From: a virus | IMG/VR virus record: IMGVR_UViG_3300031857_000018 | Span: 1 to 64,000 of that record | Length of the DNA stretch: 64,000 nt | Reading direction: 5' to 3' (one strand) | Shown here: positions 56,493 to 64,000 of the stretch, piece by piece | How the letters are laid out: each line of letters opens with the position of its first letter | Position numbering within the stretch: the stretch's first letter is position 1 | Notes under the pieces: generated by a model | Database searches by the model: none | What the model was told of the DNA's origin: nothing | The model's input: the letters and a program-made list of their open reading frames with translations, nothing else | Program-made: the position numbers and the translations under genes

Positions 56493-58988
56493 TCAGCGTG
56501 CGTATTTTAACACCCCTAAAATTTGGTTCACTGGTGCAAATGCGCCTGTCATTTTATATGTATTGCCTTGATATGTGAATACAACCCCTTCAGACGGTAC
56601 TATAGCATCAAATCCGCCAAGTTTTTGAATTCGTCCTAATTCATGTTTAAGTTTTGTTAGAGTTGCCTCATCACCTTTGGTTTGCAAATCTTTGATGAGT
56701 TGTGCTAATTCTGTTTTAATATCCTGCACCGTTTTTGTTGGATTTGCTGCGAGATAATTTGTTGCATTTTGTAATACCAATACACCTAATCGCAAAAAGA
56801 TAGATTCGAATGGTTCCAAGTTTTGTTTGCGATACTGTTTGAAATCTTTTTTATCAAATGCATCAACCCAGGTAACAAATTCTGGATTATCTATTTGTTT
56901 TTTAAGTACTGAGATGTTTGTAGATTTATCATCAAATGCCCAACGATATATTAATGCAGTTAATATAGTATCAGGAATTTCATATCCTACCTCTTTTGCT
57001 TTTGTTTGAATAACATCTCTCCACCATGCTTTATGATAATCACTCAATAGGTCTGTATCTTTTAATCCGTAGCGATCACGAAGTTGATCAATTTCATTGT
57101 AGAATGCAGATTGCTGATCTTCAAAATCATACACTCGGCCTAATTTAATACGTTGTGGCGGAATGAATGAAAATGTGTTTTGCATGTGTGCATTTGCATC
57201 TTGAATAATTTTTTGCATCATAGCACCACCTGTTAAATCGGTTTCGACTACATTGCCTTTTTCATCGTATTCAACTAGGTTATGAAATTGTAAATGTGCT
57301 TTGTCATATGCAATTACATTTTTAGTTGCTGGATAAATAATTTCCATGTTTGCAAATACTCGGCCGCCTTTGAATATTTGTTCTAGTTTGTCTGCCGGTA
57401 AAGCTGACATTGCCCCGGTAATATCTTGTGCCATTTCTCGAAATGCATCAACAACTAGTTTGTATCCTTCTGCAGCTGCTGCACCGGATTTTGTAATAGT
57501 TTCTTGATATTTACGTTCAAAATCAGCAACTAGTTGATCTGGCGTCATTGGATTAATTATCGTGCCTTTGTTACGAGCAAATCCAGGTTGTCCATTTTTC
57601 CATGTAAATTGTATGTTTTGACCATCTGTCTTTTCAGTGACAGCTTCTTCAATATCTAGACGACCTGACAAAGCACGAGACACAATTTCACGGACATCAT
57701 TAAATGTTAATCCGTGATCGTCCCATGGGTGTGCCATATGTCCTGCTGCACCGCCCTCAGTTAAAATACCTCCGGTTTTCATTCGTGACTCGATAGTATA
57801 AATAATATCATTCGGGTCATTTGCTTTCCAACGAGATCTTTGTTTTTTAACTGTTTTAGGTCGCAGTTCAATCATTTTTTTACTAGAATTCCATACTAAC
57901 ATGAATGGCATATGTATTGGAATATCAAACTGATAATCAGATCCTACACCGCTAGGTCGATTTTGTTTTAATTGACTAGCAATTCGATCTCCATACTCAT
58001 TGGCTAAATCTTCAAAGAAATCTCGAAGTTCATCCATATAAATAGGAGCTTCATTACGAGGATCGTTTAATCGTTCTATAAAATGAGTAAACTGTCCTTG
58101 AAAATTCACATCAATACCATATTCACGGAAGAATCCATCTACGGCATTTTCAATTGATGCTAATTCTTGTCTGGTAATATAGTTTTCTGCAATAATACCT
58201 TCTACAAGTTTTGCACCAACCACTGTTTTAGCAAAATCATCAAAATCATATACAAATGATTTGCTTGTATGTTGGTCTAGGAAGTTTCTTAGTTTATTAA
58301 TTTTTTCTGCATGCCGTTTCTTTTCACGTGGAAACATCATTGATTCAACTACATCATCAACATCTTCTTGCAATGCAGATTTCCACCAATCTTTTGTGAA
58401 CACCGCTTCTTGCATACCAGTAACAACTTGCCATGCATTTTTAACAGCTGCTTCATCAAATTGAGGATATGATGCCCGGAATTGTGCAAAATTATTGTTT
58501 GCAATTGCATCTCGTACCATGGTCGCAGATACCGGTTCTCCATTGCCATATGCTAATGGATCTACATTAATACTCAATTCAGTAGCATCAATACCACCAG
58601 GAATAGTACGTCCTTTTTTGTCGCCTATAGTAGCATATTTATCTACATTTGGCACAAAATCTTTAGCCCGAACATAATCATCTCCTTTTGCAGAAGCCGC
58701 CATTGCAAATCTACCTGTTGCATCTTGTGGCAATGCAAACAAGTATTCATATGCCGCCATGATAGGAGAATTAAAATCAGTTGGTTGTATTTCAATGTTT
58801 GGATTATCGTTTAAGATGTTAAACAATTCCATGGTTTTTTCACGTGTAATTCCATCGCGCTCTTTAGGGCCAATCAACATGATTACGCGTTCTACTTGTG
58901 GATCTGTAGCATATCGATTTGCTAAATCTAGATGAGCACCAGTTAATGGTTTAAAACCTCCTGGGAATAGTACTGTTATTTTGTTCAT
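56493..58988 (-). CDS. multidomain protein: HIGH-type nucleotidyltransferase + central domain + ligase-like nucleotidyltransferase
   Basis: PGGFKPLTGAH and VSATMVR at the N-terminus; TEKTDGQN, NMEII, SEGVVF, YKMT at the C-terminus. Confidence 0.65.
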   Translation of the reverse strand: MNKITVLFPGGFKPLTGAHLDLANRYATDPQVERVIMLIGPKERDGITREKTMELFNILNDNPNIEIQPTDFNSPIMAAYEYLFALPQDATGRFAMAASAKGDDYVRAKDFVPNVDKYATIGDKKGRTIPGGIDATELSINVDPLAYGNGEPVSATMVRDAIANNNFAQFRASYPQFDEAAVKNAWQVVTGMQEAVFTKDWWKSALQEDVDDVVESMMFPREKKRHAEKINKLRNFLDQHTSKSFVYDFDDFAKTVVGAKLVEGIIAENYITRQELASIENAVDGFFREYGIDVNFQGQFTHFIERLNDPRNEAPIYMDELRDFFEDLANEYGDRIASQLKQNRPSGVGSDYQFDIPIHMPFMLVWNSSKKMIELRPKTVKKQRSRWKANDPNDIIYTIESRMKTGGILTEGGAAGHMAHPWDDHGLTFNDVREIVSRALSGRLDIEEAVTEKTDGQNIQFTWKNGQPGFARNKGTIINPMTPDQLVADFERKYQETITKSGAAAAEGYKLVVDAFREMAQDITGAMSALPADKLEQIFKGGRVFANMEIIYPATKNVIAYDKAHLQFHNLVEYDEKGNVVETDLTGGAMMQKIIQDANAHMQNTFSFIPPQRIKLGRVYDFEDQQSAFYNEIDQLRDRYGLKDTDLLSDYHKAWWRDVIQTKAKEVGYEIPDTILTALIYRWAFDDKSTNISVLKKQIDNPEFVTWVDAFDKKDFKQYRKQNLEPFESIFLRLGVLVLQNATNYLAANPTKTVQDIKTELAQLIKDLQTKGDEATLTKLKHELGRIQKLGGFDAIVPSEGVVFTYQGNTYKMTGAFAPVNQILGVLKYAR

Positions 58989-59015
58989 TTCATGTTTCTT
59001 TTATATATAAATATA

Positions 59016-62000
59016 TTATGACCAAGTACCGGTTTCATTTATAGAAATCCATCCAGCAATAGAGCTACTACCAGGTGCTAATAATTGTATCGATGCATAT
59101 TGTGTTGATGTTGTCCTCGAAGTATCTGCGGCTGCAGAACCAGCAATATATATACCACCGGTTATAGTAACAGTGCCTGTTTGTCTGTTAATAATTCTTA
59201 TAATACGGCCGGCGTCTGCATCAGTTGGTGTTCCTAAATCAATAGTCATTGTTCCTGATGAATGATTGCAAATAATAATACTATCCGAAGTTTCCAATGT
59301 AATATCTGGTGATCCGCCGGTTGCTGTTACCACGCGTTGCCCGTAATGTGTAGCTCCGTTAATTAATATTCTACGATCTTGTCCATTAGCTGAACCAGAT
59401 ACTGCAATGTAAGGTCTAATAGCAACGCTGTTATTGGTTATCGTGTACGATTGCCCCCAATTTCCTAAAGTTCGATTGCCGATTATCGTAGCTGTTGTAC
59501 TACTTACATTAGCTGGGTTTATATTCAATTGACCATAAGAATTATTTTTTAATTGTATTCTAGGTTGATTTACACCAGAGCCGCCGGCAACTCCGGAGCT
59601 GGATATAGTTAAGATACCTCCATTGGTGTCACCATCACCTATTTTCAAATTACGTTTAAACGAAAAATCTAAAGGGTTTTCGGTGCCAGCAGTAATGAAA
59701 TATGAATCGCCTGTGTTTCCAGCAGTTACCAATGTTATTACAGCTGCTTCATCTAATGTTATTTGATCATATGTCGTTGGCGGTGCTGTACGATTAAAGA
59801 ATGTGTCTAAAATTTTATTTTGAAAAACCGTTTCCAGAATAAAATCTATTCGTTCTGTCGCGCCAATACTAGGTAAAAGAAAATCTCCTATAGGTCTTGA
59901 TAATGCTATATTTACTCGTACTCTGCGTACAATTTCGCCACCTAACGATCCATCCATTACTATTCGAACTGCCGGGGTGTTGGTAAAATCGTTTTCGATA
60001 TAATTTTGCAAATATGAACCAGAATTTGCATTTGTAATTATTACAGTTTTATCACGTATTACATTTGCTAAAGCAACACCAGTAAATAATGCGTTGCTAG
60101 CAGTAACGTTTCCTTCTGCTGACAAATGAAAATTGCTAGCTGAAATTTCAATATTTCCATTAGCCCCGCTTATAAATGGCGCAGGATATTGTCCAAAGAA
60201 GAATTTATCCGTACGTACATCAATTTCACTGTCTGTGGTACTATATCTAAAATAACTTGAAGTATTTGCATATAATTCTAAACCAACGCCGCTATACGGC
60301 ACTCCCCCTTTAGTTCCCAGAGAACCAGATAAAGCAGATCCACTCCACAATAAGAAGCCAGGAAATCCTGCAGTAAAGCCTTCATATCCTAATGAACGAA
60401 TAAATCCAGTATTCTTATATCCGGATATAGCAACTCCAGTTTCTAATGAATCTGCTACATATAAAGAACCGGTGAGCATTGAATAATCACCATCGATATA
60501 TCGGTTACCTCCTGCCCAATCTTTGTTATACACATAACTAATTTGTTTGCTTTTTTCTCCATTAACATTGTAATACTCTGCTTTGAATGTTAATTGGTTT
60601 TTAGATTTATGTGCGGTTGGAACTAGGGTTCGTAGTCTGGTGTAATTAGGAGAATATCCAGCATCATTGTCAGTTGTAGTTCGAATATCAGCAACCTGCC
60701 ATAATCCTTCTTCTGCTACAAGTAGTAATACACCATCACCATCATGATCTGCAGTAAAATTAAATACGGTATCATCCCAACGCTGTGATGTTTCTGCAAT
60801 TTGCAATTCACCGACACGTTTTCCAAATTTAACTGGAAATTCCTGATTAAAATAATCTGTAGGATTATAATCAAATGCACTGCCTGATAAATACAAAGAT
60901 AATTTTGCAGTGGATGACCCAGATACTGTACCTATAGCATCCAATGTAATTTTATACTCAGAATTCGCAATAAATATCCCATTGTATGCAGAATTAATTT
61001 TTGCAACTGTAACTGAATTCAGAGCAGATATATTTGCAGTATTTTGTATTAACATGGAATTGTTAAGTGATTGGGTTGTCCATGTTAATATTGGAGCTGA
61101 TGATACTGCACTGTTTACATATGTGATGCCTTGCCAATATGTATTAATAGTACTTTGAGTAACAAACATACCAATACTGGTATCCGGATATAATGATGCA
61201 GTGCTAGCAATAAACATTTCTGTTTCATCTAATTCAACATCATTTAATAGTTCCCATGTACCAACCGTGCCTGTGTTGTTCATAAACACTTTAACTCTAG
61301 AAACATCTCCGGTTGCTGGATCTAATCCTTTAATTTGCATTAACGCAAATGATTCAGAATTCTGAGTAGCTACATATTCCGGTGTTGCTTCATATGCAAT
61401 ACTATAAGAACTTGCTGCAAATTCTGTATATGTATGTTGTGATATGCTTTGGCTACTATACGCCGTATACTCTGTGTCTAATAAGGCTACGGTTCCGGTT
61501 AATATCTTTTTAATCGTACTGGTGTACGTAGTTGTAGATATAGGGAAATTGGGCGTAGGCGTTGGATTAACAGGCGATGGTACAGTTAATGTGCCTGTAC
61601 TCATATCATTTGTAAATGTTCCACCGATTAACTCAATAGCCGGCTGATTGTTATATAAAAAATAACGAACCGTACCAGATGAATATGTAGGAAATTGTCC
61701 TGCCGGAGAATATACTCGATCTAAATGAACTCCGACATTTTCACTGATTACTAGTTCCGGAATTTGTTCAAAAATAATTTCAGATATATTTGATACATTC
61801 GGATTAACCGGGACTGTGCGTGTCCATTTTATATTTGATTTACCTTGCCAATCTGCGGGAACATTGATAGCTTCGCCAGTAACAGTAATAGTACAATCAC
61901 CAGGCGATGTTTCTTCATAAATAAAGATTGCAATTACACGGCTTTTATCTTCATCAATAAAATTGACAATTTCAGAATAAATTGGATCGCCATTGTAATC

Positions 62001-62195
62001 TAATACTTCAATGTTTAAATATGATCCAGGGCGTAGATTTGTTGGATGTCCTCGAAGTTTGAACAAGTTCTTACCAGCAGTTAAGCGTGTAGGAAACTCG
62101 GTAATTTGGAAGTAATCAGGTGATGTTAATGATGTATCTTCAAACCAAACCGGAACAAATTGTAAACCCTTATATACTGCTTCTTTACGTTTCAT
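59016..62195 (-). CDS. large virion structural protein (baseplate/tail fibre-like)
   Basis: 1059-aa beta-rich Thr/Ser/Gly-rich protein; late-type motif at 62215-62223. Confidence 0.6.
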   Translation of the reverse strand: MKRKEAVYKGLQFVPVWFEDTSLTSPDYFQITEFPTRLTAGKNLFKLRGHPTNLRPGSYLNIEVLDYNGDPIYSEIVNFIDEDKSRVIAIFIYEETSPGDCTITVTGEAINVPADWQGKSNIKWTRTVPVNPNVSNISEIIFEQIPELVISENVGVHLDRVYSPAGQFPTYSSGTVRYFLYNNQPAIELIGGTFTNDMSTGTLTVPSPVNPTPTPNFPISTTTYTSTIKKILTGTVALLDTEYTAYSSQSISQHTYTEFAASSYSIAYEATPEYVATQNSESFALMQIKGLDPATGDVSRVKVFMNNTGTVGTWELLNDVELDETEMFIASTASLYPDTSIGMFVTQSTINTYWQGITYVNSAVSSAPILTWTTQSLNNSMLIQNTANISALNSVTVAKINSAYNGIFIANSEYKITLDAIGTVSGSSTAKLSLYLSGSAFDYNPTDYFNQEFPVKFGKRVGELQIAETSQRWDDTVFNFTADHDGDGVLLLVAEEGLWQVADIRTTTDNDAGYSPNYTRLRTLVPTAHKSKNQLTFKAEYYNVNGEKSKQISYVYNKDWAGGNRYIDGDYSMLTGSLYVADSLETGVAISGYKNTGFIRSLGYEGFTAGFPGFLLWSGSALSGSLGTKGGVPYSGVGLELYANTSSYFRYSTTDSEIDVRTDKFFFGQYPAPFISGANGNIEISASNFHLSAEGNVTASNALFTGVALANVIRDKTVIITNANSGSYLQNYIENDFTNTPAVRIVMDGSLGGEIVRRVRVNIALSRPIGDFLLPSIGATERIDFILETVFQNKILDTFFNRTAPPTTYDQITLDEAAVITLVTAGNTGDSYFITAGTENPLDFSFKRNLKIGDGDTNGGILTISSSGVAGGSGVNQPRIQLKNNSYGQLNINPANVSSTTATIIGNRTLGNWGQSYTITNNSVAIRPYIAVSGSANGQDRRILINGATHYGQRVVTATGGSPDITLETSDSIIICNHSSGTMTIDLGTPTDADAGRIIRIINRQTGTVTITGGIYIAGSAAADTSRTTSTQYASIQLLAPGSSSIAGWISINETGTWS

Positions 62196-62222
62196 TCACT
62201 GATATTCTTTTAAATATAAATA

Positions 62223-64000
62223 TCAGTTGTGTGAAATCTGGCTGAATCCGTTTAGTTTGTTTACTTCGATTAAGTTGTCGACCATATCTCGCATTGAATC
62301 GACGTGTGAAATGATTATGGAGAAATCAAATTTAATTCTGAAATAATCAAATAGATTAACTACTGCAGAAATATGTTCTGTGTCTAAACTTCCCCAACCT
62401 TCATCAATTGCAATAAAATTAGGACGTGGTAGTGCTGATACATTGATAAGTGCTATGCGAATTGCAAGTGATGAAATAAATCGTTCCATACCGCTTGTTA
62501 ATTCCAATGGCCAGAAATTATCTTCATCATAAATAATATACCCGTTGATATTCTTACCGTCGCTCTGAAGCACCATGTTAAAATCAACTACCTGATTCAG
62601 CACATTGTTAATTTCTGCTTCAATCTTTGGCATTGCTTTTGCAATTAACTCGTATGGAACCCCATCACGTTTAACTGATTCTAGATAATATTCGTATGCT
62701 TTGTATTCAGTCTCTAGTTGTTTGTATGTGTCTAATGACTCAATTGCTGTTTTCTTTGTGGTCTTAGCAACTTCAATTTTACCATGTTTACTACGAATTG
62801 TGTCTGTAATTGTTTTTATTTTAATCGTAGCTGAATCAATTGATGTTTTTAACTTGTTAATTTTTTCATCAATTAGTTCATTATGTGTTATTGCAGTGGC
62901 ATTAGCTTTAAATGATTCTTGACGTTCTAAACATGTTTCTAATTCTGATTCTCGAGTTTGTAATTCGCCTTCAATGATTTGAATTTGCAATTCTTGTTTT
63001 TCAATTGCTAAACGCTTTGTTTCATGTTTTTGTTTTAATATTGCTAATGCATTGGCATCTGTTCTAACATCTGAATATGTTGAAATTGTTGTTTTTAATT
63101 GTAATTGGGTCGCAGATAATTCAGTTAATATGTCTCTATCTGCAATAATCGTATTTTGTGCTTCAATTGCATTTTGTACGAAAACGTTAGATACACAGTA
63201 TTTACAGTTCGGATCATATTCATGGTCGGAAAGGTGATTAATTTTTTCTTGTTTTGCATTGATAATTCCTTGTTGTTTTTTAATACTCGAATCTATCTGT
63301 GCTAATTCCTTTTCGAGTTTTTCTAATTGTTGAAGTTTATCTGATAAGTCCGTTTCATTGTACTTGCGCTTATCTTTTTTAATGATTAAGTATTCACTTG
63401 TTAGTGTTTCTAAAGTCGTTTCTTCGGTTTCAATATCAGCTTGTAATTGTGATATTTTTTTAGTTAACTCAGTTTCAATTTTAGTTAATTCATTAATATT
63501 AGGCCCTGTATATGTTGTTGGCTGTTTTGTTTGAATTAAGTCTACAATCTCATTTTGATAATCATTGCGCTTTTCTTGCAATTCATCTTCTTGAGTTTCT
63601 AATGAAGTTATATCTTGTTGATTGTTTGAAATAATAGTATCTGCATCATTGATAATAACATCAAAATCTGTTTTCTTATATGATTTTAACTTACCAGCAG
63701 TCTCTTTAATTTCATCGGATGCTAACTGATAAAGCTGTTCGAATACCGTAATATCTAAAAACTGTGAAAGAAGATCTTTGCGTTCTCTTTGTGACTTTTC
63801 AATGAAGTTATTGTTGTCTGCCTGCAGTGAAAATGCAGTTAAAATGAAATCATCATAAGTTCCTAAATAACGGCGGATCGATTTGTTTGTGTCACTACGT
63901 TCTTCACCATTTAGGTTTTCTGTGTCAGTATAAAAATCTACTAGCACTTTAACGTGACCATTCTTCTGCTTGATTCCATTGCGTTCAATAGTGTAAGTAA
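62223..64000 (-). CDS. SbcC/Rad50-like ATPase (gp46-like), N-terminus outside window
   Basis: coiled coil, zinc hook CKYC, signature TSGMERF, Walker B IAIDEGWGSLD, IISH; frame open to the window edge. Confidence 0.92.
   Translation of the reverse strand, partial: TYTIERNGIKQKNGHVKVLVDFYTDTENLNGEERSDTNKSIRRYLGTYDDFILTAFSLQADNNNFIEKSQRERKDLLSQFLDITVFEQLYQLASDEIKETAGKLKSYKKTDFDVIINDADTIISNNQQDITSLETQEDELQEKRNDYQNEIVDLIQTKQPTTYTGPNINELTKIETELTKKISQLQADIETEETTLETLTSEYLIIKKDKRKYNETDLSDKLQQLEKLEKELAQIDSSIKKQQGIINAKQEKINHLSDHEYDPNCKYCVSNVFVQNAIEAQNTIIADRDILTELSATQLQLKTTISTYSDVRTDANALAILKQKHETKRLAIEKQELQIQIIEGELQTRESELETCLERQESFKANATAITHNELIDEKINKLKTSIDSATIKIKTITDTIRSKHGKIEVAKTTKKTAIESLDTYKQLETEYKAYEYYLESVKRDGVPYELIAKAMPKIEAEINNVLNQVVDFNMVLQSDGKNINGYIIYDEDNFWPLELTSGMERFISSLAIRIALINVSALPRPNFIAIDEGWGSLDTEHISAVVNLFDYFRIKFDFSIIISHVDSMRDMVDNLIEVNKLNGFSQISHN

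Noticed and set aside
659-63237. Numerous + strand ORFs of 60-170 aa and short nested minus-strand ORFs in the ORF track
   Set aside because: They lie antisense to or inside well-supported genes, have no recognisable motifs, and are expected shadows of codon bias.
1-64000. Stop-codon reassignment
   Set aside because: Core genes are full length in code 11, and TAA, TAG (e.g. sheath, neck) and TGA all serve as stops at sensible ends.
1-64000. tRNA or rRNA genes
   Set aside because: Intergenic gaps are short, the longest are explained by terminators and leaders, and no cloverleaf was recognised by eye; tRNAscan-SE would be the formal check.

Overview
This is a 64-kb segment of a large, AT-rich, T4-related contractile-tailed phage genome. 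Every credible gene is on the minus strand and reads in the standard genetic code. A Bacteroidota host is inferred from a phage-encoded ribosomal protein bS21 inside the head module, a Gln-leaving signal peptide and the overall gene complement. In transcription order (right to left) the window holds: a partial SbcC/gp46 ATPase, a large virion protein, a multidomain nucleotidyltransferase/ligase-like protein, a spanin-like membrane pair, terminase, portal, prohead protease, bS21, scaffold, major capsid, PhoH, neck and tail-completion proteins, tail fibres with three LamG paralogues, sheath, tube, a tail chaperone with a candidate frameshift, tape measure and baseplate genes. Then follow a compact family A polymerase, a PD-(D/E)xK nuclease-like protein, three probable head-internal proteins, and the replication block (gp32, RecA/UvsX, 5' exonuclease, helicase, class II RNR, family B polymerase). 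Interleaved with that block is a 7-deazaguanine pathway (FolE, QueD, QueE, DpdL-like, TGT/DpdA-like) whose last operon also carries a GT-B glycosyltransferase and a cytidylyltransferase. Two promoter-like motif classes are visible: ATATTTATW (16 copies, mostly before virion genes) and TTKGAW-N17-TATWWT (8 copies, mostly before replication and modification genes). The main leads are a possibly sugar- or polyol-hypermodified deazaguanine DNA system, a bS21/Shine-Dalgarno translational switch, protease-cleavable head-packaged enzymes, and a +1 (or -2) tail-chaperone frameshift. All calls come from reading motifs by eye; no searches were run.
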